From assembly GCA_964629685.1 (NCBI GenBank), contig CAZVTT010000001.1, positions 385,319-449,318 on the forward strand: DNA of 64,000 bases, written 5' to 3'. Below are positions 41,615 to 52,065 of the stretch, one piece after another. Under the pieces are notes generated by a model. The model worked only from the letters and a program-made list of their open reading frames with translations, was not told where the DNA came from and ran no database searches. Within the stretch, counting starts at the first letter, position 1. Each line of letters begins with the position of its first letter. This DNA comes from an uncultured Gammaproteobacteria bacterium. GTDB lineage: Bacteria; Patescibacteriota; Microgenomatia; UBA10105; UBA927. Position numbers and translations under genes: made by a program.

Positions 41615-41882
41615 TGTTAAGAAAAAAAAGACAACTGAAAACGGTCGGGAACTTATCGGAAAGATCGTTTCCATGAAAATGCAGAAAACGGTTATTGTGG
41701 CGGTGGATCACGTATTTCAACATCCTTTATACAGGAAATCCATGCGAAGAACACGACGGTTCCATGTCCACAATGAAATGACTGATTTAAAAATGGGAGA
41801 TTTTGTAAAAATTTCCGAAACTAAGCCAATAAGCAAAAATATACATTTTATAATTAAAGAAAAAATAGTTTTGAATAAATAA
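41607..41882 (+). CDS. rpsQ: 30S ribosomal protein S17
   Basis: GKIVSMKMQKTVIV, HPLYRK, ETKPISK. Confidence 0.97.
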   Translation: MNDVKKKKTTENGRELIGKIVSMKMQKTVIVAVDHVFQHPLYRKSMRRTRRFHVHNEMTDLKMGDFVKISETKPISKNIHFIIKEKIVLNK

Positions 41883-41885
41883 ATT

Positions 41886-42260
41886 ATGGTACAAGAACGA
41901 TCAGCATTAGTTCCGGCAGATAACTCAGGTGTGCAGCAGATGATTATTACGCACATTTACGGGGCATCAAAAATAAAATTTGCCTATATTGGTGATATCG
42001 TACAATGTGTTGTAAAAAAAGCTGATCCTAACGGGATAGTTAAAGACGATGAGTTGGTAAAAGTAGTTATCGTGAGAACCAAGAAAGAACATCGTCGACC
42101 GGATGGCTCATATATCCGATTTGATGATAATGCCGGTGTCGTTATTGATAATCCTGATGATAAAAATCCGCGGGGGACCCGAGTCTTCGGACCGGTTGCT
42201 CGTGAGCTTAAAGATAAAGGATTTAATAAAATTGTGAGTATGGCACCGGAAGTATATTAA
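41886..42260 (+). CDS. rplN: 50S ribosomal protein L14
   Basis: [25 protein letters not shown]. Confidence 0.98.
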   Translation: MVQERSALVPADNSGVQQMIITHIYGASKIKFAYIGDIVQCVVKKADPNGIVKDDELVKVVIVRTKKEHRRPDGSYIRFDDNAGVVIDNPDDKNPRGTRVFGPVARELKDKGFNKIVSMAPEVY

Positions 42261-42264
42261 GACT

Positions 42265-42570
42265 ATGAAATTCAAAAAAGGCGATACCATTATTGTTACA
42301 GTCGGTAAAGATAAAGGCAAAAAGGCTAAAATTGAGACCGTTATGCCTAAAGAAAATGCCGTTATCGTTCCGGGTATGAATGTGGTAAAACGTCATATGA
42401 AGCAAAGGGATGAGAGAAATGCCGGTGGCATTATAGAAAAAGCAAAGCCCTTAAATGTTGCAAAAGTAGCTTTGTTATGTCCCAAATGTAACAAACAAAC
42501 CAGAATCGGATATATAGTAGTAAAAGGCGAAAAAGTCCGTATTTGTAAGAAATGTGAACAGAAAATTTAA
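42265..42570 (+). CDS. rplX: 50S ribosomal protein L24
   Basis: KKGDTIIVTVGKDKGK KOW motif; Zn-type CxxC pairs. Confidence 0.97.
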   Translation: MKFKKGDTIIVTVGKDKGKKAKIETVMPKENAVIVPGMNVVKRHMKQRDERNAGGIIEKAKPLNVAKVALLCPKCNKQTRIGYIVVKGEKVRICKKCEQKI

Positions 42571-42581
42571 TTCTATTGTGT

Positions 42582-43130
42582 ATGAAACAGATCGAAACTA
42601 AATTAACCGCAGACACCATACTACAAATGCAGCAACGGCTGCAGGTGAAAAATGTGATGGCTGTCCCACACTTGGAGAAAATTGTGGTAAATTGCGGTTT
42701 AGGTGAAGCACTCGGGGATAAAAAAATAATTGAAAAAATGTCTGCTCAACTTGCCATTATTACCGGGCAAAAACCCCGTATTAATACGGCAAAGAAAGCA
42801 ATTTCCAGTTTCAAATTACGTGAAGGTGATGCTATCGGCTTAAAAGTAACCTTACGAAAAAAGAGAATGTATGATTTTATGACAAAGTTGATCAGAATTG
42901 CTTTGCCACGTGTCCGGGATTTTCGCGGTATTCCTGATTCCGGCTTTGATGGACAAGGAAACTATACGTTGGGAGTTCGTGAACAAACGATATTTCCGGA
43001 GTTAGAATACACCATGGTAGATAGAGTACGCGGGTTTGAGATTACTTTTGTGACATCAACAAAAAAAGATGAGCACGCCCGGGAATTACTCACCCTCCTT
43101 GGTTTGCCATTCGAAAAGAAGGCAGCGTAA
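42582..43130 (+). CDS. rplE: 50S ribosomal protein L5
   Basis: ITGQKP, ALPRVRDFRG, FDGQGNY, EQTIFPE. Confidence 0.98.
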   Translation: MKQIETKLTADTILQMQQRLQVKNVMAVPHLEKIVVNCGLGEALGDKKIIEKMSAQLAIITGQKPRINTAKKAISSFKLREGDAIGLKVTLRKKRMYDFMTKLIRIALPRVRDFRGIPDSGFDGQGNYTLGVREQTIFPELEYTMVDRVRGFEITFVTSTKKDEHARELLTLLGLPFEKKAA

Positions 43131-43150
43131 TGGTGAGTTAAAGGATTAGT

Positions 43151-43336
43151 ATGGCTAAGACATCAAACGTAGTTAAATATTATAAAAAACAAAAATTTGC
43201 CGTTAGGCAGAAAAACCGATGCACACTTTGTGGAAGACCGAAAGCATATATGCGTAAATTCGGAATTTGCCGTATTTGTTTTAGGGGATTGGCTCATAAA
43301 GGAGAATTACCGGGAGTATTAAAAGCATCTTGGTAA
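43151..43336 (+). CDS. rpsN: 30S ribosomal protein S14 (Zn-binding, type Z)
   Basis: RCTLCGRP...CRICFR, 61 aa. Confidence 0.97.
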   Translation: MAKTSNVVKYYKKQKFAVRQKNRCTLCGRPKAYMRKFGICRICFRGLAHKGELPGVLKASW

Positions 43337-43361
43337 TATAGATTTTTATTAAATAATTATT

Positions 43362-43754
43362 ATGGTGACAGATCCAATTGCTGACATGTTAATACAAATA
43401 AAGAATGCCTCTATGGCTTCGAAACGTGAAGTGGTATTACCGTTCTCACGTATGAAGCACGAAGTTGCTTCAATCCTGGTCAAAGAAGGGTACCTTGAGT
43501 CAGCAAGCAAAACAGGAAAAGAACCGAAGACGTCTTTACGACTTATGTTGAGATACAAAGATAAAATGACCGTAATTACGGATGTCCGACGCCGCAGTAA
43601 GCCGGGACTCCGCGTGTACGTCAACAAAGACAGTATTCCCCGGGTACTCGGTGGTGTAGGAATGGCGATTCTGTCTACTCCTCAGGGAGTAATGACGGAT
43701 ATGGAAGCAAGAAAACGAGGTATAGGCGGAGAACTTTTGTGTGAAATTTGGTAA
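43362..43754 (+). CDS. rpsH: 30S ribosomal protein S8
   Basis: DPIADML, SKPGLRVY, STPQG, GGELLC. Confidence 0.98.
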   Translation: MVTDPIADMLIQIKNASMASKREVVLPFSRMKHEVASILVKEGYLESASKTGKEPKTSLRLMLRYKDKMTVITDVRRRSKPGLRVYVNKDSIPRVLGGVGMAILSTPQGVMTDMEARKRGIGGELLCEIW

Positions 43755-43759
43755 ATATT

Positions 43760-44311
43760 ATGTCACGAATAGGTAACGCACCAATTCAAATACCGACTAC
43801 AGTCACTGTTGCCGTAACAAGCAGTGAAGTCAAAGTACAGGGTCCGAAAGGAAATACTGTATTACCATTGCCGTACGGAGTTTCCGTTTCCGTTGATAAT
43901 CAGACTATTCATGTGAAACGGAACGGTGAAAGTCGTTCCATGAAAGCGCTGCATGGTGTTATCCGTGCAGAGCTTGCGAATGATATCTATGGAGTAACTG
44001 AAGGATGGAAGAAAACACTGGAATTATCAGGTGTAGGATATAGGGCAAGTTTGGCTGGAGCAAATTTGGTTTTATCCGTTGGATTTTCGCATCAAATTAC
44101 CATAGAACCGCCGACGGGAATTCAGTTTGCAATTGTTGACGGAAAAATTGTTGTCAGCGGCATAGATAAGCAAGTCGTTGGTCAAGTTGCAGCAAATGTT
44201 CATGCAGTAAAAGAACCTGAACCATATAAGGGTAAAGGAATCAAGTATCAGGGTGAGAGAATTCGTAAAAAAGCCGGAAAGTCGGCAAAAGCAGTAGGAG
44301 GAGGGAAATAA
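43760..44311 (+). CDS. rplF: 50S ribosomal protein L6
   Basis: MSRIG, GVGYRA, PEPYKGKGI. Confidence 0.98.
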   Translation: MSRIGNAPIQIPTTVTVAVTSSEVKVQGPKGNTVLPLPYGVSVSVDNQTIHVKRNGESRSMKALHGVIRAELANDIYGVTEGWKKTLELSGVGYRASLAGANLVLSVGFSHQITIEPPTGIQFAIVDGKIVVSGIDKQVVGQVAANVHAVKEPEPYKGKGIKYQGERIRKKAGKSAKAVGGGK

Positions 44312-44326
44312 TACTTCCTGAATGCT

Positions 44327-44665
44327 ATGGATACTAATCGAAAAAAACATAAATTGGCAATTCATCGTAAACGTCGGATTCGAGCTAAAGTAAGTGGAGC
44401 AGCTGATCGTCCAAGGTTAGTGGTTCACCGCTCTAACCAGGCTCTATATGTTCAGCTCGTAAATGATGATAAAGGGATTACTGTGGTTTCACAGTCAAGT
44501 AAGAAAAAAAATAAAGAGGCTGCACGGGAACTCGGACTACGAATTGCTAAAGTTGCCAAAGAAAAAGGCATATCCGCAGTAGTATTTGATCGTGGTGGGT
44601 ATAAATACCACGGAAGTATCAAAGAGTTGGCAGATGCCGCTCGCGAGGGAGGACTACAGTTTTAA
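44327..44665 (+). CDS. rplR: 50S ribosomal protein L18
   Basis: [27 protein letters not shown]. Confidence 0.97.
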   Translation: MDTNRKKHKLAIHRKRRIRAKVSGAADRPRLVVHRSNQALYVQLVNDDKGITVVSQSSKKKNKEAARELGLRIAKVAKEKGISAVVFDRGGYKYHGSIKELADAAREGGLQF

Positions 44666-44668
44666 TCT

Positions 44669-45172
44669 ATGAAATACCAACAATCATCACATGATCATAA
44701 TATGCCACGGGAATTTGAAGAAAAAATCGTTCAAGTTAATCGTGTTTCCAAAAAAACAAAAGGTGGAAATAAAATTAGTTTTTCCGTTCTGGTCGTTGTC
44801 GGTGACAAAAAAGGGCGGGTTGGAGTCGGATTGGGAAGCGCTCCTGATGTTGCTTCCTCAGTTCGGAAGGCAGTCGGATATGCAAAGAAACACTTAATTA
44901 CCGTTCCAATGAAGGGGAAAACCATTCCTCACGAAGTACGTGTAAAACGCGGAGCAGCTCAAATACTATTAAAACCAGCGCCTCCGGGAAGCGGTGTTAT
45001 TGCAGGTGGTGCTGTGAGAGCAGTGGTAGAAGCTGCAGGTATCCGTGATATTGTTTCAAAAATTCTCGGAAGTAAGAATCAGGCGTCAAACGTATATGCG
45101 ACGATTGAAGCCCTAAAACATTTTAAGGTTCGAGTTCGTCCGCAAAGGCCGGAGGGACAGCAAACCGCTTAA
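44669..45172 (+). CDS. rpsE: 30S ribosomal protein S5
   Basis: [23 protein letters not shown]. Confidence 0.98.
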   Translation: MKYQQSSHDHNMPREFEEKIVQVNRVSKKTKGGNKISFSVLVVVGDKKGRVGVGLGSAPDVASSVRKAVGYAKKHLITVPMKGKTIPHEVRVKRGAAQILLKPAPPGSGVIAGGAVRAVVEAAGIRDIVSKILGSKNQASNVYATIEALKHFKVRVRPQRPEGQQTA

Positions 45173-45177
45173 TTTAT

Positions 45178-45621
45178 ATGAATACATTGTTAACTCAATC
45201 TATTGTACAGAAATCCAAAAAACGGATTGGTAGAGGCCATGGATCGGGGAAAGTTAAAACTTCCGGTCGCGGTACCAAGGGACAAAAATCTCGCGGGAAA
45301 CTACCACCGGGTTTTGAAGGTGGACAATTATCTATTATTAAACGGTTACCGTTATTGCGGGGTAAAGGCCGGAACCATAGTCAAGCCGGTAAAGCAGTAA
45401 CATTACCAGTAGCGCGTTTATTGCATATTCCCACGGGAACGGAAATTACGTTACAATTATTACAGGAAAAGAAAGTCGTTGATATAAAGACAAAAAAAGT
45501 TAAAATTGTCGGTCCTGTTTCGGGAACATTACCCAAATGGACAGTAAAAGTTGCATGTTCACAAAGCGTGATTGATGCAATTAAGACCGCCGGGGGATCA
45601 GTTATCGCACAACATGAATAA
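45178..45621 (+). CDS. rplO: 50S ribosomal protein L15
   Basis: RIGRGHGSG...[15 protein letters not shown]. Confidence 0.97.
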   Translation: MNTLLTQSIVQKSKKRIGRGHGSGKVKTSGRGTKGQKSRGKLPPGFEGGQLSIIKRLPLLRGKGRNHSQAGKAVTLPVARLLHIPTGTEITLQLLQEKKVVDIKTKKVKIVGPVSGTLPKWTVKVACSQSVIDAIKTAGGSVIAQHE

Positions 45622-46903
45622 GTTGGTTCAGTTACTCAGTAACTGTTGGAAAACACCTGAATTAAGACGGAAAATCCTTATTACCGCAGGTTTGATTGTC
45701 GTATTTAGAATTTTTGCCCATATTCCTCTCCCCGGTGTAGATCGTGAAAAATTAGCTTTGTTATTTACTCAGAATCAATTCCTCGGATTATTGGATATAT
45801 TTTCAGGTGGAACTTTACTGAATTTCTCCATTATGGCCTTGGGGTTAAACCCATACATTAATGCTTCGATTATTATGCAGTTGTTAACAATTGTATTTCC
45901 AAAACTTGAAGAACTGCAGAAAGAAGGAGAGTTCGGCAGGGAGAAAATAAACCAGTATACTCGCTTTATTACCGTTCCTCTGGCGGCACTACAGTCTGTT
46001 GGCATGTACGCGCTGCTGCGGAATCAGGGAATAGTTGCTACGTTCAACCCCCTTACGTTAATAAGCGTTATGGTAACAATGACTGCAGGTACATTGTTTG
46101 TGATGTGGCTGGGTGAATTGATCACAGAATATGGTGTCGGTAATGGGATTTCTCTTTTGATTTTTGCCGGTATAGTCGGAAGACTGCCGGTCGTGTTTGG
46201 ACAGGCGATTACCACCCTTTCTTCGGAATCGGTTACCAATTTTATCCTTTTAGGCGCGATTGGCGTCATGGTTATTGCTGCAACGGTGTATATTAATGAA
46301 GCAGTACGGCGAGTAACAGTGAATTATGCCAGACGAGTAAGAGGTAATAAAATATACGGCGGAAATACGTCATATCTGCCGTTAAAAGTGAATCAAGCCG
46401 GTGTTATTCCCATTATATTTGCCGTCTCACTAGTATTGCTTCCGTCTCTAATGGGTGGATTTTTAACACAAGTCCAGAATCCGATAATTGCAAATGTGGG
46501 AAGATTTTTTACTTCCGTGTTTAACCCGAACGGACCTTGGTACAATATAATTTATTTTATTCTGGTAATTGGTTTTACCTACTTTTATACCGCGATTACG
46601 TTCGATCCTAAAAAAATATCTGGTGAAATTCAGAAACATGGTGGATTTATTCCCGGTATACGACCGGGTACTCCTACCGCAAATTATTTGAACTATATTC
46701 TTACACGTATCACTCTTGCAGGTGCGTTATTTCTGGGATTGGTTGCTATTCTTCCGTCATTCGCCCGTGGTATAACCGGTGTCACCACGCTTCTGGTCGG
46801 AGGTACCGGGATTCTTATCGTTGTCTCTGTAGTTCTGGAAACCGTGAAAGCACTCGAAGCTCAATTAGTTATGAGAAATTACGAAGGCTTCCTTAAGGAG
46901 TAA
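45614..46903 (+). CDS. secY: preprotein translocase SecY
   Basis: [45 protein letters not shown]. Confidence 0.99.
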   Translation: MNKLVQLLSNCWKTPELRRKILITAGLIVVFRIFAHIPLPGVDREKLALLFTQNQFLGLLDIFSGGTLLNFSIMALGLNPYINASIIMQLLTIVFPKLEELQKEGEFGREKINQYTRFITVPLAALQSVGMYALLRNQGIVATFNPLTLISVMVTMTAGTLFVMWLGELITEYGVGNGISLLIFAGIVGRLPVVFGQAITTLSSESVTNFILLGAIGVMVIAATVYINEAVRRVTVNYARRVRGNKIYGGNTSYLPLKVNQAGVIPIIFAVSLVLLPSLMGGFLTQVQNPIIANVGRFFTSVFNPNGPWYNIIYFILVIGFTYFYTAITFDPKKISGEIQKHGGFIPGIRPGTPTANYLNYILTRITLAGALFLGLVAILPSFARGITGVTTLLVGGTGILIVVSVVLETVKALEAQLVMRNYEGFLKE

Positions 46904-46974
46904 ATTCAACCCATACTTCGCAAATCCTGTTACCTGAATACAGTATTTGTGTGTATTGGTTGAAATACATTCAT

Positions 46975-47574
46975 ATGCATGTCGTATTCTATGGTCCGGA
47001 AGGTTCTGGTAAAGGGACGCAGGCAAAATTGTTAAGTGAAAAGCTTAATTTGCCCATTCTTACTTCGGGTGATTTAGTTCGCGATGCAGCAGCAAATGAC
47101 AAAGGTATTATCGGAGAAGTATGCCGTCAATCACTGGCAGAGGGGAAATATGTTGCAGATAGTGAAATGTTTGTTCTCTGGAAATGGCGGTTAAAGGAAG
47201 AGGATGCAAAAGGCGGTTGGATTATGGATGGCTTTCCCAGGAATCTGGAACAGGCTAAATTCCTTGACGACAAGATAGATAAGTATGGGTATAAAATTGA
47301 AAAAGCAATTTATCTGAATTTAACTGAACAGGAATCGATGGAAAGACTTCTTAAACGTGCAAGGCCGCTTCATCCCGGCAGTACCGAGTTACATGATTCA
47401 CCGGAAAGAATAAAAAGCCGGTTAGCGATCTATAAAGAAGGTGAAAAAGACGTACTGAATTATTATCGTGAAAAAGGTGTGTTAACGGAAATTAGTGCCA
47501 ATTCGTCAATTGAAGAAGTACATCAGTCTATTATGAAGCTATTTGAGGGAATGCAGATTCCCCAACCAAAGTAA
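46975..47574 (+). CDS. adk: adenylate kinase (short LID type)
   Basis: GPEGSGKGTQA, SGDLVR, MDGFPR; follows secY. Confidence 0.92.
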   Translation: MHVVFYGPEGSGKGTQAKLLSEKLNLPILTSGDLVRDAAANDKGIIGEVCRQSLAEGKYVADSEMFVLWKWRLKEEDAKGGWIMDGFPRNLEQAKFLDDKIDKYGYKIEKAIYLNLTEQESMERLLKRARPLHPGSTELHDSPERIKSRLAIYKEGEKDVLNYYREKGVLTEISANSSIEEVHQSIMKLFEGMQIPQPK

Positions 47575-47579
47575 TATCC

Positions 47580-48284
47580 ATGCCAGCAGTGTCACCTAAG
47601 CCGTTACAAATTGCCATAGACGGGCCGGTTGGTTCCGGGAAGAGTGATATCTCGGCGCGTTTAGCAAAGGAGCTTGGGCTGGTTTACTTCTATACTGGAG
47701 CGATGTATAGAGCGGTTGCCTATGCATGCATCCAGAACGGTATTCCGTTTAAAGATGTACACGCGGTAACCGATTTATTGCAGAATATTCGGGTTGAATT
47801 AGTACAGCCTGACCCGGAAAGCCATCGTGCGTTTAAAGTTTTACTTGATGGGCGTGATGTGACGGAATCTTTATTTCAACCTGATGTAGATCACGGAAGC
47901 TCGGATGTAAGTACTATTGCTGAAGTCAGAGCATTCATGGTAAATAAACAAAAAGAAATGGCTCAGGGTAAGTCTGTCGTTATGGAAGGCCGTGATATTG
48001 GTTTAAGAGTGCTTCCGGACGCTCAGCTAAAAATTTACTTAACTGCAAATTTACGGGAACGGGCAAACAGAAGGTATTTACAGTGGATAGATCGGGGAGT
48101 AACCAATAAAACACTTGAAGATGCAGTTACTGAAACAGCCTCGCGCGATGATCAGGATATGCATAGACAGGTTGACCCGTTGCAAAAATTACCGGAAGCT
48201 TGGGAACTGGATACCACGGGATTAACTCAGGATGAAGTTGTAGCACGTATTCACGACGAACTAATTACTCGAAATTTATTATGA
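47580..48284 (+). CDS. cmk: cytidylate kinase
   Basis: IAIDGPVGSGKS, TGAMYRA, VMEGRDIG, RDDQD. Confidence 0.95.
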   Translation: MPAVSPKPLQIAIDGPVGSGKSDISARLAKELGLVYFYTGAMYRAVAYACIQNGIPFKDVHAVTDLLQNIRVELVQPDPESHRAFKVLLDGRDVTESLFQPDVDHGSSDVSTIAEVRAFMVNKQKEMAQGKSVVMEGRDIGLRVLPDAQLKIYLTANLRERANRRYLQWIDRGVTNKTLEDAVTETASRDDQDMHRQVDPLQKLPEAWELDTTGLTQDEVVARIHDELITRNLL

Positions 48285-49084
48285 TTCGACCAAAAAATGC
48301 GGATGAATTGCACCGGATGCGTATCGGTGGACATAAATTAGGTATTGTACTCGATGAATTGCTGGCCATGGCAATACCCGGTGTGACACTTACTGAAATA
48401 GAAGAACGGTCTCAGAAAAGGATTAAGGAACTAGGTGGTACTCCTTCCTTTCAGACGGTAGAAGACTATAAGTGGTCAACCTGCCTGTGCGTAAATGAGG
48501 CAGTAGTTCATGGTATACCCACACCGTATGCTCTGCAAATAGGCGATGTTCTGACTATTGATGTCGGAATGCTTTACGAAGGATTACATACGGATACAGC
48601 TTGGACAAAAATTATTACGGATGGAAAAACCGGGCTTGATCCAGAAAAGATACGGTTACTGGAAGTAGGTAAACAGGCATTAGCTCAAGCACTCCTGCAA
48701 GCAAAACACGGCAACAGAATAGGGAACATTTCGGAAGTTATCCAGAAAACAGTAGAAGGTGCTGGATTCAGTATCATCAAATCGTTAGTTGGTCACGGGG
48801 TAGGGTACGAACTTCATGAAGATCCTCAGATTCCGGGTTTCGTACGGGGGGCAATAGGAAATACTATGAAGCTGGAAAAAGGAATGACGATCGCTGTGGA
48901 AATTATCTATGCAGCTGGTGGAGGGGCGATAGTATATGAGAATAATGACGGTTGGACGCTTTCCACGAAGGACCGTTCACTGTCATCTGTGTTTGAACAT
49001 ACTATTGCTATTACGGATGGTGAGCCGGAAATTTTATCAGTTTCTGAGGCTACGGCCGTGATTTACCCTTCTCTAAAAAAATGA
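48281..49084 (+). CDS. map: methionine aminopeptidase type I
   Basis: VNEAVVHGIP, GHGVGYELHEDP, FEHTI. Confidence 0.96.
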   Translation: MIRPKNADELHRMRIGGHKLGIVLDELLAMAIPGVTLTEIEERSQKRIKELGGTPSFQTVEDYKWSTCLCVNEAVVHGIPTPYALQIGDVLTIDVGMLYEGLHTDTAWTKIITDGKTGLDPEKIRLLEVGKQALAQALLQAKHGNRIGNISEVIQKTVEGAGFSIIKSLVGHGVGYELHEDPQIPGFVRGAIGNTMKLEKGMTIAVEIIYAAGGGAIVYENNDGWTLSTKDRSLSSVFEHTIAITDGEPEILSVSEATAVIYPSLKK

Positions 49085-49108
49085 CAAAGGTAAAATTCAA
49101 GGTCAGTG

Positions 49109-49137
49109 TTGACCAAATGAGAAAAGTGAGGTAAAAT
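49109..49137 (+). promoter_or_regulatory. sigma70 promoter upstream of infA/alpha operon
   Basis: TTGACC(49109-49114)-17 nt-TAAAAT(49132-49137). Confidence 0.6.
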
Positions 49138-49212
49138 ATTGTCCTTAGCTCGGGTGCCCCGAGAAAGGGAAGAAACCCGACATTTTTTACGTGGGATTGT
49201 AGGTATTTACAT

Positions 49213-49437
49213 ATGGATGTGAGTCAACCGCAGAGGATTGAAGTTGAAGGTGAAGTAAGAGAATGTTTGCCCAATACATTGTTTCGGGTGAAGTTGCCAA
49301 ATGGCAGAATTGTTCTTTGTCATCTGTCTGGTAAGATGCGTTTAAATTTTATCAGAATAATGCCGGGCGATCGTGTAAAATTGGAAATGACGCCGTATGA
49401 TCCGGCAAAAGGCAGAATTACCTACCGAATGAAATAA
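49213..49437 (+). CDS. infA: translation initiation factor IF-1
   Basis: [27 protein letters not shown]...GRITYR. Confidence 0.98.
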   Translation: MDVSQPQRIEVEGEVRECLPNTLFRVKLPNGRIVLCHLSGKMRLNFIRIMPGDRVKLEMTPYDPAKGRITYRMK

Positions 49438-49442
49438 AACGT

Positions 49443-49556
49443 ATGAAAGTTCGAGCAAGTGCAAAAGTTATTTGTAATAAATGTAAAGTTGTACGTCGAC
49501 GGGGACGTATTTACGTTATTTGTGACAATCCAAAGCACAAACAACGACAAGGTTAA
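49443..49556 (+). CDS. rpmJ: 50S ribosomal protein L36 (not in ORF track)
   Basis: Hand translation: [37 protein letters not shown]. Confidence 0.97.
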   Translation: MKVRASAKVICNKCKVVRRRGRIYVICDNPKHKQRQG

Positions 49557-49561
49557 TTATT

Positions 49562-49969
49562 ATGGCACGTATTTCAGGAGTTGATTTACCAAACGAAAAA
49601 CGATTAGATATTGCTTTAACGTATATTTACGGCATTGGACGCGTAAATGTAGCTACCGTACTCTCTGAATCGCAACTGGAAGGTTCACGACGCGTTAAAA
49701 CCCTCACTGATGAAGAAGTGAATAAAATTGCCAAAGTTATTGAAAAAAACTTCATTGTAGAAGGAGATCTCCGCAGACAAATTGCTGATACAATAAAACG
49801 ATTGCGCGAAATTAATTCATACCGCGGGATTCGTCATGCACGGAGTCTTCCTGTCCGTGGACAAAGAACCCGTTCAAATGGTAGAACAAAACGCGGTAAA
49901 CGAGTTACTATCGGAGCAATGAAGAAAGAAGATCGTGCTAAAGCAGCACCGGCACCGGAAAAGAAATAA
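49562..49969 (+). CDS. rpsM: 30S ribosomal protein S13
   Basis: MARISGVDLP, LTYIYGIG, LPVRGQRT. Confidence 0.98.
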   Translation: MARISGVDLPNEKRLDIALTYIYGIGRVNVATVLSESQLEGSRRVKTLTDEEVNKIAKVIEKNFIVEGDLRRQIADTIKRLREINSYRGIRHARSLPVRGQRTRSNGRTKRGKRVTIGAMKKEDRAKAAPAPEKK

Positions 49970-49991
49970 TTTTCGATTTAAATAATTTATT

Positions 49992-50363
49992 ATGGCAATA
50001 AAAAAACAAGTCAAGGTAGTAGAAAAAGGAAAAGTGTTTATTACTGCGACATTTAACAACACGATTGTGACCATTACCGACTCTGAAGGAAATACATTGT
50101 GTTGGGGGTCATCAGGGATGGTTGGATTTAAAGGCGCTAGAAAGTCTACTCCGTTTGCTGCCACGACTGCTGTCGAAACAGTGGCACGAAAGGCTCAGGT
50201 CCATGGTCTCCGAGAAGTTGAGGTATACATAAAAGGACCGGGAGCGGGAAGAGATGCCGCACTAAGAGCATTAAAATCTGTAGGTTTGGGTATTACTTTA
50301 ATTGCAGATGTGACGCCGATTCCGCATAACGGTTTACGGCCGAAGAAAAAACGCAGAGTATAA
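49992..50363 (+). CDS. rpsK: 30S ribosomal protein S11
   Basis: [28 protein letters not shown]. Confidence 0.98.
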   Translation: MAIKKQVKVVEKGKVFITATFNNTIVTITDSEGNTLCWGSSGMVGFKGARKSTPFAATTAVETVARKAQVHGLREVEVYIKGPGAGRDAALRALKSVGLGITLIADVTPIPHNGLRPKKKRRV

Positions 50364-50421
50364 ACGGTAAATTAATAGGATGAGTAATTCTATTATTTTG
50401 AGAAATTTATTTTAATTTATT

Positions 50422-51042
50422 ATGGGACGATATACTGGACCAAAAAATAGACAGGCACGACGAGAAGGTATGGATCTTGGACAGAAAACTGTAGGCTCCA
50501 AGTCTCACGCTAATTTGTTGCGACGTCTAAATGTGCCACCGGGACAACATGGTCCGAAAGGCCGCCGTAAAGTTACGGATTTCGGTACGCAACTACGTGA
50601 AAAACAAAAAGTGAAACGAATGTATGGGTTACTCGAACGTCAATTCCGACGCAATTTTGAAATGGCGAAAACCTGGAAAGGGAATACGGGAGAAAAATTG
50701 CTGGAATTCATGGAGCGACGTTTAGATAATTTGTTATACCGGATTTCTTTTGCTCCTACGCGGGCTGCAGCCAGACAAATGGTTTCACATGGTCATGTCA
50801 TGATAGACGGCAAGAAGCTTTCTATCCCATCATATCAAGTAAACATCGGAGAAGTAATTACTCTTAAAGCCAAGGCTTTAGAGATTCCGGCAGTAAAGAA
50901 ATTATTGGACGAGAAAAACATTAAAGTACCGGAATGGATCGAACGGAAGGGTCCCGTTGCAAAAATAGTCCGTTTGCCAGTTCGGACAGATATTTCAGAA
51001 GATATTAACGAACAACTCATTGTTGAACACTATTCGCGGTAA
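50422..51042 (+). CDS. rpsD: 30S ribosomal protein S4
   Basis: PGQHG, QLREKQK, ERRLDN, ARQMVSHGH. Confidence 0.98.
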   Translation: MGRYTGPKNRQARREGMDLGQKTVGSKSHANLLRRLNVPPGQHGPKGRRKVTDFGTQLREKQKVKRMYGLLERQFRRNFEMAKTWKGNTGEKLLEFMERRLDNLLYRISFAPTRAAARQMVSHGHVMIDGKKLSIPSYQVNIGEVITLKAKALEIPAVKKLLDEKNIKVPEWIERKGPVAKIVRLPVRTDISEDINEQLIVEHYSR

Positions 51043-51054
51043 GGAGGGAGCGGC

Positions 51055-51114
51055 TTAGGAGATTGCCTTGTAGGCAGGAAATGGATATACATTTTTGCCA
51101 GCAAGAATCCCTAA
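51055..51114 (+). other. long imperfect hairpin in rpsD-rpoA spacer
   Basis: Nested pairings TTAGG/CCTAA, GATT/AATC, CTTG/CAAG, GGCAGGAAATG/CATTTTTGCC. Confidence 0.6.
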
Positions 51115-51126
51115 CGTCATTTACCT

Positions 51127-52047
51127 ATGGTGGAATCTAATTTTAAACTAAAAGTGGAGGCAGAAAAAACGGGTTACGGCCGGTTTAGTATTGAGCCTTT
51201 AGATCAAGGATACGGTCAGACACTCGGGAATAGTTTACGGAGAGTATTACTCTCTTCTCTTCCCGGGGCAGCAATTGTCTCGGTAAAAATTGAAGGTGTT
51301 AAACATCAATTTTCCACAATTGCCGGATTAAAAGAAGACGTGGTCGAATTTATTCTGAATTTAAAGAAAATTAGGTTAATTATTGAAGGTGATGAAACGG
51401 TTACCTTGAAATTATCAAAAAAAGGATCAGGTGAAATTACGGCTGCAGACATAGAAACACCAGCTGGCGTGACTATTGTTAACCCGGATTTGGTTTTGGG
51501 TACACTTGCAGACAAAAAAGCTGAGATTGAAGCTGAAATGACAGCCAGAAAAGGCTTTGGATATGCACCTGTAGATGACAGTCATGATGCACAAATTGGG
51601 ATGATTCCTATGGATGCGCTCTATTCGCCTGTACAACGGGTGAATTACCGCGTAGAAGCCACTCGTGTCGGTCGAATGACGAATCTTGACCGTTTGGTCA
51701 TGGAAATTTGGACGGACGGTACAATAGCTCCTCAGGAAGCCATGCGGGCATCAGCTAAAATTTTGGTTTCATTCTTTCAGCAGGTATATGAACCAAAACA
51801 GATGAGTACGGAAGAAGGCGTGGTGGTATCGCCGACAATTTCAGACGAGGTATTGAAAATGCGTATAGAGGAACTCGATATTCCTACCAGAATAGTAAAT
51901 GCGCTTTCAAAAGCTGAAATCGAAACTATTGGCCAATTATTGTCAACACCGCGAAGCGACTTAATGAAAGTGAAAAACTTAGGAGCAAAGTCGTTAAGTG
52001 TAGTTGAAGATAAATTGAAAGAAAAGGGAATAACACTATCGCTTTAA
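51127..52047 (+). CDS. rpoA: RNA polymerase alpha subunit
   Basis: EPLDQGYGQTLGNSLRRVLLSS, DALYSPV, alpha-CTD NLGAKS. Confidence 0.99.
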   Translation: MVESNFKLKVEAEKTGYGRFSIEPLDQGYGQTLGNSLRRVLLSSLPGAAIVSVKIEGVKHQFSTIAGLKEDVVEFILNLKKIRLIIEGDETVTLKLSKKGSGEITAADIETPAGVTIVNPDLVLGTLADKKAEIEAEMTARKGFGYAPVDDSHDAQIGMIPMDALYSPVQRVNYRVEATRVGRMTNLDRLVMEIWTDGTIAPQEAMRASAKILVSFFQQVYEPKQMSTEEGVVVSPTISDEVLKMRIEELDIPTRIVNALSKAEIETIGQLLSTPRSDLMKVKNLGAKSLSVVEDKLKEKGITLSL

Positions 52048-52065
52048 CGATAAGGTAAAAACTGT

